DNA of 63,782 nt, filler included, from Klebsormidium nitens (lineage: Eukaryota; Plantae; Klebsormidiophyceae): assembly GCA_000708835.1 (NCBI GenBank). It is 7 parts of 7 records of this genome, joined end to end, with 100 filler letters (N's around TTAATTAATTAA, not from the genome) between each part and the next. Parts side by side here need not be neighbours in the genome. Positions count along the whole stretch, not along the records: positions 1 to 12,764 come from DF238016.1; positions 12,865 to 31,269 come from DF237826.1; 5 more parts are not named here. One strand, written 5' to 3'. Positions 9,986 through 22,022 of this stretch are shown piece after piece. Under the pieces are notes generated by a model, which was given only the letters and a program-made list of their open reading frames with translations, was not told the origin of the DNA and did not search any database. How positions within the stretch are numbered: position 1 is the stretch's first letter; each line of letters starts with the position of its first letter. The translations under genes and the position numbers were made by a program.

Positions 9986-12731
9986 CTAAAAAGATTCTAC
10001 CACGTTGTCCCAGAACAGGTCGAACTTGCTGTCCCCTTTGCAGTCAAACAACACGCCATCGTTCAACAACTCTTGGAGCAGCTCATCCTCTGACTGTCTC
10101 TGAGCACCGGCACATTCACGAGCCAACTGGCCCCGCAACGGGTGCACAAAGCGTTCGCTGGGGACGTTTTGACGCTCAAAAATACCCTTATGCACTTCCA
10201 TCAGGTAGCCCAGCTCAAGCAAAGCTAACAGACGGGGTGGGTAGGTATACCTGGCGCGAGGCGCAGAGTTTAGGGCTGCCTGGTGACCATCTCGCCAAGA
10301 GCGACGAGTTTCACCTGACGGCATGTCTGCTGTAAACGCACGCGCTTCAGACACAGACGCTCCCCCCTCCAGCAGGGATGCCGGCACAAGGTGAGCAAAG
10401 TAATACTTCCGATCCATCCACATGTTGACACCGCCAGCAGGATCCGCACACGCAAACAGCACGTCGGATTTTGCAAGTTGGCGCAAGACAGCAGTGGCAG
10501 ACCCGTCTTCGTGCATCTGCCGGGTGATACGGCCCTTTCGTGTAGGGTCAATACGCAGCGTGCGTGACCTAGAAGCGGAAGAAAACAACCCTTTCTCAAC
10601 CTCATTCGAAACACCAAGTTCCAACAGTGCCTCAACGTCCATGTCATTGTGGTAATCAGCATATGAGACTGGAACATCCTGGCGGTGTCGCTCTTGAGCC
10701 TCCACGTATTCATCCCAGAACATGTTGCAAACATATTCTCTGGTGGGGTCACACTGCGACCAGTCAGGAGTGCAATCAAACAACATCTCATTGTCCAACA
10801 GGAATTGAAGATAGTCCTCCTCATGACGATTGGCGTGGCCCTTGACGGCCAGATAGGGCAAGACTCAACTGGCATACGGTGCTCCGGACGGTGCATCAGC
10901 TGAAAGACACCCGCGTTGACTTCAACCAACACTCCCAAATCCAACAGAGCCTGAACATGCGGTGGGTTTTGATACCCTTCGTACCTTGACCCACTTGTCA
11001 CTATGCCTCTGACGTTCAGTGCATCACGCCATGTGCCACTCGCTTGAGCTTGCCAGATCTCACTGGGCCAAGCACACTTAGTAGACGCAACAGGCGTGTC
11101 ACCGAACTCGGAGTCAGTCGCCTCACTTGCAACAGTCTCATCATCCTCCTCTGACGGAACATCAGCTGAAACAGTCACATCATCAGCCAAACCACCAGCT
11201 GCGACAGTCGGAACAGACCCAGAAGCCCTCAACTCCGGCCATGCTGCATCACGTTCGAGGTCAGTATCAAGGCGCTCATGCACGACCGCGTCGTTGAACA
11301 CCTCGTTTCCTTGAGCGAACAGCTCCCGGTCTCGGACCAGACGTGTGAAAATCGTAATCTGTGTTCTGCGCTTGTATGCTTGAAGTGTCAGGTCGTTCAA
11401 ATCCGGGTGCACAGTCCATCTGGTGCGGTCTGTGCGCCTCATGAAAACGCCCTGCTCGAGTTCCTCCAAGTATCCAAGTTGAAGGAGCACACCAAGCCAG
11501 ACAGGATACCCGTAAAATGGGGCAGGCCTTTGAACCTCAGTGACCACGGCCCTACCTGCTAAGGTGAGGTCCACTGGCACAGGGTCGTCGCCCCCCAGTG
11601 TTGCTCTAGCGGCTGGTCCGGCGACTGCAGCATGGGACCCAACAACTGTAGACGCGTATGTTGACTGCGCCAAGTACAGGGCCCTGAGGTCCGCTCCACC
11701 ATCGCCTGCAATGTAAGCAGGACCGTGAGCATGCACGATGCGCTCGAGTGCAGACCAATTGAAGACACGTTGTACCCTCGATGAGCTACCCTCTCGAAAG
11801 TAGAATGCGCCTTCCACGAAGTTCCCTGACTCCGGTGTGTGTATGACGCGACGATACCAGTGAATCCCAGCCGGCAATTTGCGCCAAGCTGTCGCGTTGG
11901 CAACAGCGCGACCTGCTCTGTCCACAGTGTATCCGCCCCAAGCATGTGTAGCCTGCCAGACCCGTGATCTACAGAAGTACATACCAGGCGTTTCTTTTTG
12001 TTCATCCCATCTGTCAGGGATGCCATTCATCACAACTTGCTGTGCGACCTGAATGCGTTGGGTGTCTGGTGCCTTGCTACCTCGTAGCTCAGATACCACA
12101 GCCTTTTGAACCACAACTGGGGTCTCCTTGACCTCAGCTCGGGTTTGAACTCGCGCCTCAGCACGCTTAGCTGACGGGTTCTCACACTTTTGGACTGACC
12201 TGGCGGTGTCTCAACGGCCGGGGTCCGAGTCTCACCTAGTGTTGACGAACCTGGTAACTCCGGCTGCACGCGCTGGTCTCCTCCCGTCGTGACAGCAGGG
12301 TTCCGCAGTGGGGCTGCCTGGGGTGTCGTGAACCCAGGTGGCGTCACTGGGGCCGGTACTGTCGCTGCTGCTAGCCCAGGCACGCGTGGTGGCTGGGGCG
12401 CTGCGACGGCCCTTGGAATGGCGGCTGCAAGCAGTCCGCCCGCTCGAATGAAGACTCGTCCCTGCTTGAACACTTGCGCCAGATTGGCCAGAGTTGACTT
12501 CGCCAAGTCGTCTCGGCCCCGCGCTGGTTCCATTGCCCTCTTCTCCCGTTCTGCATCCAAGCGGCGTGCGCTGGCCAATGCAGCATCTGCAGGGCGCACA
12601 AAGATATTGCGCATGGTCAGGAATCCGGCCATGTCACAATTGCGCAGGGTCCAGGCCAAGTGTTTCAAAAAGAACTTGCAGTCATGTATGATGCTTTCAT
12701 TGCGTGCAACATGAGTGGACGGATTGTACAC
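9986..12731 (-). pseudogene. Gag-like region plus three copies of an uncharacterised ~80-aa module
   Basis: Overlapping frameshifted ORFs 12030..12731, 10270..12114 and 9986..10861 upstream of the protease. The last is in frame with the protease across one TAG. Gag assignment is positional. Confidence 0.6.
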
Positions 12732-12764
12732 CTCAAAAAGAACGTGCCTTCGTCTCTCTGCTGG

Positions 12765-12864
12765 NNNNNNNNNNNNNNNNNNNNNNNNNNNNNNNNNNNN
12801 NNNNNNNNTTAATTAATTAANNNNNNNNNNNNNNNNNNNNNNNNNNNNNNNNNNNNNNNNNNNN
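12765..12864. other. Assembly gap with artificial six-frame stop linker (same at 31270-31369, 35521-35620, 38684-38783, 52981-53080, 59327-59426)
   Basis: All six gaps are exactly 100 nt: N-run, TTAATTAATTAA, N-run. Confidence 0.97.
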
Positions 12865-13508
12865 AAGACGCAAAGCATTGACAAGCAAGCCATTGTGCTA
12901 GCAATCAGGGTCAGCAAGCCTCCAGGTTCTGCAGGTTGCTAGAAAACAGATTGTCCACAATAAGGGGAATTGGCATGGCGCCTGAGGTTTTGGAGGACTT
13001 TCTGCTCCGGACGCTGCAGCCTCTGTAAGTTACAGCGCTTCTGGTCTTCTGGAGAGCCTTTGGATGACTTGTTTGGATCCTTCTGCTTTTTGACCTTTGG
13101 AATTGCTCCACCAGTTTGCTCATTCTTTAAAGGCAAACAAGTGGCTTGTTGTTGCTGCCTTATTCGCTCTAGATGACAGGTTCAATATTGACGGACTTTC
13201 ATCTGTTTTTGGTATATTGTAAAGGCTGCTTCCTTTGAAGTCTAGCGGTTTTGCTCGTGTCACTGAATCTGTCCTGATGCAAAGCCAGCCACTATCATTT
13301 CCCATAGACTTTTCCTCTGGTACAACGGCATTGCCTTTTTTGGCGGAGAGATCACGTGCAGCTTCTCATGTTATTTTCCCCAGGTTATCTTGCTTTCAGC
13401 AACTGTTGTAAGAGCTTGGAGTTTGCAGGCCTTTTACACCTCTTACCCATCATTTTCTTTCCTTTTGGAGTTAGCTGTGTCTGGTCGGCCCCATTCCTGA
13501 GTATCGTC

Positions 13509-16500
13509 ATGGTTGTTCCTGCCAGGTCCGCTGCTGACCCGGAGCTGCTGTCCAATTATGTTGCTGCGTTGCTTAAGAACCCGAAGCCGCTGCCGGAGCT
13601 GCGCAAGCTGTGCCTGGACCAGCTCTGGGACTTCCTCGCAGACAGTGAGCAGGCGCCACCACACATTCCGCGCTGCAACTTCGTTAGGAGGCAAAAGGAC
13701 ATGGGCTGGATCGTTGCTGCCTTTAGCTGCTGCACACCTGGCGTCTTGCTCAGATCAGCCTGCATTTCGCAAGCCACACGTGCAAGGAATTTGATGGTTG
13801 ACACTGCTGTGCTGGACCATCTTGCATCTCGCCGATGTCAAGCCCTGTCCCTCCTGGTGCTACTGCAGGCACGCAGGAGTTTGTGGATGCGCTGTTTGAG
13901 GCGATTGAGGACGGCCGAGTGGAGCTGCCGGCGGGGCATGTAGCCCTCCAGCCCCACAGCGAACCGCCCTCCACCGAGGAGACCCCCACCCCGGACGACG
14001 CGGGCTATCCAGAGGAGCGGTGGCCCGCTGCAGGCGATGCAGGCCTGTACGAAGAACAGGATGCGGAAGCTGAGGGGGGGCAAGCGCAGGAGGGGGAGGG
14101 GACGGCGGCAGTGCCGCGGCCGGTGGTGGTGAAGGTGCCGAGCGCGCTCGCGCGGCTGGCGGGGAGGTACGATGAGAACGAAGACGACGAGAGCGACGAG
14201 GATGAAGGGGGCCGCGGGAACAGGCGTCGCGGCAGGAGCGAGCGCTCGCGCAGCCCCCCAGAGAAGCTGCAAGGGCGGGGGCAGAGGGTGCAGGAGGAAG
14301 GAGTGGGGCCGGGGGGCCGAGACGGGTGGAGGGGGAGAGGGGGGGGTAGAAGCAACGGGCGGATGGATGGGCCCCTGCACGCAGGGGGGCGAGGCCGGTT
14401 TGGGGGACGAGGGGACGAGCGCTTCCGAGGGCGCGGAATGCCTGATGGGCCGCGGTGGGACGGGCCTCCTGGTCCCAGGTTTGACCCTGGGCGGGGGCCC
14501 ATGCGGCCAGTGGGGGACTGGGGCTCCGTGAAGCCGGAGCCGGGGTTCCCAGGGGGCCGCTTTGAGCGCAGGCCGGACTTTCCCCCGTTTCTAGAGCCGC
14601 CATTTCCGCGGGGCCCTGGCCCGCTGGGGCGGGGCATGCCGCCGCCTTTAGGTCCCGAGTTTGGCCGCCCGCCAGGGCCTCACGTAGGGCCCCCGCCCTT
14701 CTTCGGAGGGCCCGAGCGGTGGGAACCGTTTGACGCGCGCGTGCCTCCTCCCGAGGCGGAGTACGAGATGCGGATGCGGCTGATGCGCGGGCTGGAGCGG
14801 CGGCCGGAGGGTGAGGGGCGGCCGCAGAAGTGCCCCGAGTTCTTTGGGGAGCGCGGGTACTGCCTGCGCGGGAGGCTGTGCCCGTACGACCACGGGGAGG
14901 ACGTGCAGGTGGTGCGCGACGAGCACGCGCTACGCCAGCTCAGCCTGGCCAGGCAGGAGCGCAACGGCGCCGGAGGGGCGGGGCCGCGGCAGGAGAGGCT
15001 GGAGGACGACCTGCCGCAGCACGAGTTTGATGTGCCACAGACGGGGGGGCCGGCGGAGGCCCGCGGGGAGGATGAGGGGTACGATCCTGACACGCCGCTG
15101 TGGGAGGCGCGGGGGGCGGGCGAGGGCACTCCAGGGCAGTCACGCAGGGGGCCGGATGCCGGTGCGGATGTGAGACTGGCAGGGGGGGGAAGTGACGCCA
15201 TTTCTCTGGTGGGGACTGAAGCGGGGCCCAGCGGGAGGCTGGGGCCCCCCGTGTTCGCCCCCGGGGGGTACCTGAATCCGCAGCGGCAGGGCTTCCGAGC
15301 GGGCTGGGGCGCTTTGCCTGGTCAGGAAGGGCGGTTCCCGGGAGGGGGCCCGGAGACAGACGAGATCCGGAGCGAAGTGGGGGAGAACGACAGGGGCCCA
15401 GCGGGCAGAGGCCGGGGCTTTGCGCGAGGGGGCCGGAGGGCGGGGACGAGGGCGAAGGGGGGGGAAGGGGCTGGGGGAGGGGGCCGATCGGGGATCAGCC
15501 GCAGGCGGAGAAGACCCTGTTCGTGACGGGCATCCCCGAGGACCAGAACAACGTGAGCCAGCTGCTGGGGCACTTCAAGAAGTTCGGGCACGTGGTGATC
15601 CGCTGCTTCGGCGGGGACAAAGCGCACGTGCTGTTTGACAGCCACGAGGAGGCGGCGAAAGCCCTGGCGGCGCCGGATGCGCTGCTGGGGAACCGGTTCA
15701 TCAAGCTGTTCTGGGCGAGGGAGGAGCTGGACCTGGCCAAAATGGGGGGTAAGTACGGCACGCGGCCAGCAGCAGAGACGGGCGAAACAGCCAACGACGA
15801 TGCCAAGAGCGCAGTGGACGAGAAACTGGTGCCCAAGGCCAACGGCATCAGCAAGGGGCAGACGTACGTGCGGCCGGGCAGCGAAAAGGGGGCCGCCCCA
15901 ACGTTGACTGAGGCGCAGCGGGTGGCGGCGGAGAAGGCGGCGCTGGCGCTCAAGATCAAGCAGCTGGAGGCGACTGTGCTGGAGGCCAAAATTGCGGAGC
16001 AGCGCCGTGCGCTTGCAGAGCTCGAGAAGAAGGCGGGCAAGGTGGCCGCGCAGTCGGACCTGAAGCGGGCCGGCAGCAGCGCGAGCGAGGGCGCCACCCC
16101 GCCCCCGGGGAAGAAGGCGAAGGTGGGGCCTGGCATGGGGTGGGCGGGGCCTGTGGCGGGGGGCTTCAAGAGCCACCTGAAGCTGGACAACCGGTCGACG
16201 GTGGTGCACGTGGTGGGGCCGTTGCCGGGCGGCGTGAGCAAGGAGGCGCTGCGCATGCACTTCTGGCGGTTCGGGGAGGTGGTCACCGTGCAGGTGCCGG
16301 ACGCGGGCAGCAGGGACGCCGGCGCGGGGGTCGCCGCCAAGGTGGTCTTCCGGCAGCGGCACGACGCAGAGGCCGCGCTGGTGGAGGGGAAAGAGGTGGA
16401 GGGGCAGCCGCTGAAGCTGGTGTGGGGGCCGCCCTTCAAGCCGGCCCAGCCCGCACTGTCGCCCAAACCGCAGAGCAGTGGCGCAGCGAGCGGGGCCAGC

Positions 16501-16650
16501 GCGGGGCGGGCGGGGGGAGCCACGTCCAGTAAAGGGGCCGAGGCTGCTGGTTCTGGCGGGGAGGGCCATCGAAGTGTAGTGAGCGAGGACGTTGAGGAAG
16601 CGCAGCAGGCAGAGGTCGCTGAGATGAATGAACAAGCTGCTGGGGATTAA
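13509..16650 (+). CDS. RBM26: RBM26/RBM27-like RNA-binding protein (PWI, CCCH zinc finger, two RRMs)
   Basis: Exon 1 13509-13644, intron 13645-13868 (GTGAGC...CTGCAG) joins DQLWDFLAD-S-TQEFVDALFEAI (PWI). CCCH KCPEFFGERGYCLRGRLCPYDHG. RRM1 KTLFVTGIP...LGNRFIKLFWA. RRM2 LDNRSTVVHV...PLKLVW. Apparent 1-nt frameshift near 15430-15465. Confidence 0.9.
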
Positions 16651-17934
16651 GACCTAAATGTTGCTCGAACGCCTGCCTGACGGGGAGGGTATGGCTCTCT
16701 CGTTATGTTCTTTGACCCAGTCCATTCCATTGTTTACTCACTGCGTTCATCAAAGCTTTCGACCACTGTGCATCATGATTCAATGGATCGATGATGCAGC
16801 GATGGTGATAAAACCTTCTCTTTGTGCATACCAAGTCCCTTTATGTTGTCAAGTTGGCATACTATTGGTTCTGATTGGCTACCGCTGCGCGAAGTTGCAC
16901 CATATATGCAACTGGTCACTGTATCCTGGCTACCAATGAGAATCTTATCCATGGAACAACTAAGTCAAGTATACCCGGAACCGTACTGCTGCTAGCTGCA
17001 TGCTGAAGTGCAATCTGCTTCAGAGGATTCAAGCTAGGCCGTACAATCATGGAGCGCGTTCAACGGATACCGTCCTGAAATATCAAATCGATTTCCAACC
17101 CAGAAGTAGCCTAGACAACCATCTAGCTGCAAGTCAAAGACCGTTCATATGCAAATGATGCAGCACTTTCGAGCATGTCTTCCATCATGATCATAATCAG
17201 ATGGATCACAACGAAAGCCCTTCTAAGATTTGGATTAGTGCAACGAGCATATAGACAGAAGTTAGTATATCATATGCACTATACATCAAACGGTTTCCCG
17301 GATGCATATTTCACACGGTGCACATACGTACTGTCGGTATAGTGAAACGACTATGACCATGGGCGTATTATATGTACATGTAAGTGCAGTGCAGTGCATG
17401 CCCAACGGACACGGTTGACCAGTCCCGGATCGCAGTGCCATTACCGCACAATTAAGCAATGCATGTTGGTATGTTGGTAGGGCAATGCCTGGTTCGGTAT
17501 AATCCTGTGTCCCTCGAACCACGTACCCCCAAGCTTGCGTTCGCATACAGGACATGCACAAGTTCAGGTATGCCAAACACTGTCGAGCTCAGTCAGCGAG
17601 GCCCCACAGTGTTCGAAACTTTATGCAAGCATTGCCGACCTCATTCGGCTAGGAACACAGTGACTTCTAGAAAGTCGCATGGCTACTAGGTGCCCTGATG
17701 CGGGCTCGTTCACAAAGGCGCTTCTTGCGGTTACCACAAACAACGCTAGACTCAGAAGTTCCATGTGGCATGCTTCATTCTTGACGATAAAAACGAGCTG
17801 GCCCTTTATTCGATAGAAGTCTTGCATCCGACATGCTGTTGTGGGTGTGCCGGCATGATACACGTGGAAGCTTCTCTATAGCATCTTAACAGGGATGCAG
17901 GCAAAGAGCTTCCATCCTCCCAGTGAAACACACT

Positions 17935-19266
17935 TTATATAAAAGAGTGAACAAGTTGATGAGGGGAAGCTAGCATCGAGTGTGACCTTCGCCTATTTGA
18001 TCCAAACATTCGTTCTCTCTGAAAAGCTGCAGCATCGGTAGACGAGGGCTCTGCTACGGTCTTCTTCGATGCCAAAACAACGACTTGCACATTGTCGGAC
18101 CTGGTTGGGCAAGAAATGTGTCAGGATCTTTGCAAGCAAGAAAGCCTGCACTTCCTGCGCGTGCAACATCATGAGCGATGCGAGATAAGCAAGTGTCAGC
18201 CCTTTTGTCAGCGGTGTGTGTCAACGTGGATCAAAAACACAATTGCAACCAGGTCAAAAGGGAGCCACTCACCTGCTCCTCAAGTCCAAGGGCTTTGTGG
18301 GTTCTTTTCGCCTTGTCTTCGCCCTAGGTTCACTTGGTTGCCTGGCAGCGACTCGCTTGACGTTCTCTAGCCTGCATAACGACACCACCCCCAGACGTTA
18401 GCAGAAAGCTGCTAGTGCATCCAGATTTTGAAGGTCCAAATAACGCAGTCTAGTGTAAGAAACTTCATTACAAGGGGCAAAACCTGCACAATTCAACCTT
18501 GCCTCATCCTTGTTTCTGCAGCTGCGGAGTGCATTGCATCACCACGTGCAGCCTCCCTCAAGGCCTGCCCCAAGCCCCCCCCCCACATCACTCCCGCCTG
18601 GGCGCCGCAGTGCCCCCGCTGGCGCGCCTACCTCTCCTTCTCCGCCAGCTCTGCCAGGACCGCGGCAGGCAGCAGCTCATCTGCATCCCCCTCGGCCTCT
18701 GCTGCGCCCTGTTCCGCACCCTCAGGCTGTCGGTGGGCCCGTTCTCCCTCGACCTTCCTCTTCCTGCTCCGCTCCTTCCTGCTCTGCTGGGCTCCACTTC
18801 CCTCTGTCTCCTGGGGGCGGGTCTCCCCCTCCTTTTTCTGGCTCTGCCGTCGCCGTGCAGCCTTGGCCTCGGCCGCCAATCTGCTGGGTAACGGGGCTTA
18901 AGTGTGCTCAACTACAATCCTGGTCTTGGACCCAGTGCGACAAGGAGCGAGGCCGTCGACATCTCTCCCACCCTGCATCCTGCACCACCTTTTACTGCAT
19001 CCATTTTTCCAGCCTCTGTCAAAAGAGCACCACGAACGCTTCCCCACGCAGAGTCTGCTGTCACCATAGCCCGCAGAATCATCCTCCCCCTCAATCCACT
19101 GCCAGCACAGAAGGGCGATGCCTTACCTCCTTTTTGCAGCCTGCTCTTCGGACTGCCGCTTGTGCACGTCAGTTTTTGCTGCTTCCAATGAAACTTCCTC
19201 TGGCCGGTCGTCTTCAGAGTCGTCCACCTCCCTTGAAAGGTGAGGGACCCCCCTGCCGCTCCCCAT
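17935..19266 (-). CDS. Small spliced charged protein, probably NOL7/Utp16-like nucleolar factor
   Basis: Hand-spliced exons: MGSG...DDSEDDRPEEVSLEAAK (19266-~19126, GTAAGG donor); LAAEAKAARRRQ...LLPAAVLAELAEKE; LENVKR...; SDNVQVVVL...AAAFQRERMFGSNRRRSHSML...TAA. Family inferred from the DDxPEEVS and AxxF-x4-xFG motifs only. Confidence 0.55.
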
Positions 19267-19692
19267 GCTGCTGCTGCGGGCAACAAGGCAACCACCCTGA
19301 TCCCTCTACCTGAGTAGTCTACCTAAGACTAAGTACTCGGAATGCTCCAGGGCGCCAGGTTAGCCCTTGCGCGGCGCGCAGCTATACCGCCGTGACTCCA
19401 TGAGACTTCTCACTCGGTCGGATCACCTGAGCCTGATCGAGACTGCAGACTGCAGCTTCAGCCTGAACAGCAAGTTCAGGTTCACAAAACCTGCCAGCGG
19501 CGCCTAGCTGGAGCATGCTCGTCTGCGCCGACGGCGACGCTGCATCCCGTTCCGCGCGTCAGTCACGGTGCATCTAGCTGACAGTGAAGGTTGAAGCTGC
19601 ACCTGACGGTTGACCGTGCAGTGCATTCCTTTCCCTTTCTTTTCACGGCTTCACTCCAAGCTCGCTGTGCTTTCTGGGTCCTTGGCCTTGTC

Positions 19693-21498
19693 ATGGCTTC
19701 AGATGAGGATTGCGCTGCTGCTGCCCCGCTGTCTGCTGAGGAGGTGGAGTCCTCTTTCCAGGGCGCGCTGGATGCGCTGCACCGCCTGCTGCTGCTGCAA
19801 GAGCAACTGAGCACGGCACTCCGGCAGGTGAGGGGCAGTGAGTACGTACTGGAATTGATCTGGGACAGCAAAGGTTGGGAGAGGGTTGAATATTCTGAGC
19901 GCGTGTGCAACATTTCTGCTCTAATGGGTGAGAGCACGATCCGTAGGGAGCAATGGGAGAAACTCCAAGCTGAGTGTGAGCAATGCTGAGCCTGCGGAGC
20001 GTGGCTGTTAGACTTTGCTGTGTGCCTACTGCCTGATGTTGCCGTGCTGAGCTGCCCCGCAGGGCTGGTTCAACTTGTCCCTGGCGCGCTACAATCTTGG
20101 CCCGCAGCGGGTGGGGGCGCTGCAGTACCCCGCCACCATGACGGCCACCACAACACTACAGGCGCTGTCCCCAGGTGGGCGCCACGCCCCACCACCGCTG
20201 CATCACTACCGCTGTCCACAGCAGCAAGACGCTGCTGTCACAGAAAGGGTCGGTGATTCCAGTCTGCGCCGAAGGAGTGTGTTGGCCAACTGAAGCAATT
20301 CTTGAACATGGCAACGTGGTCGCCGCAAGAGCCTGGAGGAATTAATTGTGCTTGTGCCTTGTGACTCGCTCCCAAGTAAACGTCACCACTAGTGCCCTGC
20401 TTTGGCATCTCACTCCAATGTTTTGGCGCCCAGCCCCGGGGTTGGTGACCCTCGCACTGAACACCGTGAAGGGGGAGGGTCCTGCGGAGGCGGCAGAGTC
20501 CGCTGTGCAGGCGCAGGGGGCAAGCATCCAGGCGGAAGGGCTGCGGAGGCGCAGAGCAGCGGGTGAGGCGGGCTGAGCCCCTTTTGGGAGACACTTCGAA
20601 AAGACAAGCATGGAGATAAGGTATCAGAGGGTCCCGCAGTCTTGCAGGTTCCCTGGCTTTTGAAGAGAAGGATAACAGGAGCCAACTTTGCTGCTTCTTC
20701 TGGAAAATCCACCAGACTGTGGATGGTGTGAGCTGTGACGGCTTGGGCAAAATACCGGGGCAGCCTTTAGAGATTTCTTGTGTGCTGCAGACGAGCCAGC
20801 TGCAGTAGAGCAACAAGAAGCTAGCCCAAGTGGAAAGCCCTTGGTTCGAGTGGAGCACAAGCAGCGGCAAGCCAATGCATTGAATTGGTTTGGAGCACTC
20901 GTACCCCCAGCACTGCGAAATGCACAACAAGACTTCGCTCTAGGTGAGACCCCTTTCTCTGACATTTTTGTTGCCAGGAACTGCTTTGATTGTCTTTCGC
21001 TAATCCAACTTGTTATCAACCTGGCCAAATGTGAAGCTGTAGTGCAGCTATGTGTGGATCGAAAAGGGCAAATATGATGCTGAATTCATTGTTCAAAACG
21101 TGCATTTGAGGGTCTGCATGGAACTCATTGAATCAGATGGGAAGAAAAGCCCGATTGATTCGTCTCGTGGATGAGACAGGAACGTGTCCCTGAACGCGCT
21201 TCTTGTTTGGCCTTTTGCAGCATTGTCAAATGCTGTGGAGCTGGCGAATACCATCTCCCAGTTGGAGTCCTTCCGAAAGGCCTACGTCGAGCTTGTCAAG
21301 ATCGATGACCACTCCACTCATCCCTTGGTATCAGATGAAAAAGATGCTGTACGTTTCCAACTCAAAAACGGATCAATGTCACCACTACCTTTGAACATAG
21401 AAGATCACGAGAAAAGCAAGACCCAAAACTCGGTGGACACAAAAGTGAGCACTTTGATGCAAGAACTTGAGTCGAAGTATGGAGCAAGCAAGTTATAG
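19693..21498 (+). CDS. CCDC115: Vacuolar ATPase assembly factor CCDC115/Vma22
   Basis: Spliced exons MASDED...LQEQLSTALRQ | GWFNLSLARYNLGPQRVGALQY | ...NALNWFGALVPPALRNAQQDFAL | ALSNAVELAN...SKL*. The GWFxLxxARY and WFGxLVPPxLRxAQ signatures are characteristic. Confidence 0.88.
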
Positions 21499-22022
21499 CT
21501 TATGCATTGCTGCGAGTCTACTTCAATCCTAGACCTGCAACGACTAAGATGGATCACGTAGTATATTTGCAAAATATCGGCGAGCTTGCCCCTCTGATGT
21601 CTCTGCCTCGGAACCTGCCTGTAGGGCAGCCACTGAGGCGCCAACATTGACAATCATCAATCTATTGAGTGGTCCTTGAGTCCTTGGGTGCATTCCATCT
21701 TGTCATGCATGTCAGCGGTGTTAGCAGGATATTGCAGTCGCAAATGAGTACGTTTATACGATGTTATGCCATGCCATGTTATGCCAGCGCTACGACGCTA
21801 TTATATTGATATTGGTCTACTGAGGAACATCAGCTCGCCGGGCCCAATGGTTTCAAGTGTTGGCATGTACGCACCTAGCGACTGCGAGCCAGGACCAGGT
21901 TCTTCGACTTGAGAGCAAAGCTAGCTGCCTGCGAAACGGGGACTGCATGTGACCGTGTCTCTGTGCATGCCTCACTGGCATGCCGACTCTTTGACGAGGA
22001 GCCATGAAGGAGCCAGATTTGG

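Larger units (their letters stand above)
3477..12764 (-). mobile_element. Decayed Ty3/Gypsy LTR-retrotransposon internal region carrying a C5-DNA methyltransferase and a C-terminal PHD finger
   Basis: Minus-strand order gag-like, protease, DNMT, RT, RNase H, integrase (the Gypsy order), then PHD. Multiple stops and frameshifts. 5' end lost in the gap at 12765. LTR pair not identifiable. Confidence 0.92.

Noticed and set aside
9065-9988. Programmed stop-codon readthrough or an alternative genetic code explaining the in-frame TAGs
   Set aside because: The same element also has frameshifts and insertions, and host genes end normally with TAG/TAA/TGA; decay is the simpler explanation.
12765-12864. 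Identical TTAATTAATTAA motif recurring six times
   Set aside because: Always centred in exactly 100-nt N gaps. It is an artificial stop-in-all-frames scaffolding linker, and ORFs running through it are artefacts.
12865-13460. Minus-strand Lys/Ser-rich ORF fragments upstream of RBM26
   Set aside because: No consistent start, splice pattern or recognisable domain, and truncated by a gap.
13838-16635. Long overlapping ORFs on the opposite strand and in alternate frames (e.g. 15322..16635, 15495..16523, 13860..14603)
   Set aside because: Shadow ORFs caused by very high GC in the RBM26-like exons; no domain motifs.
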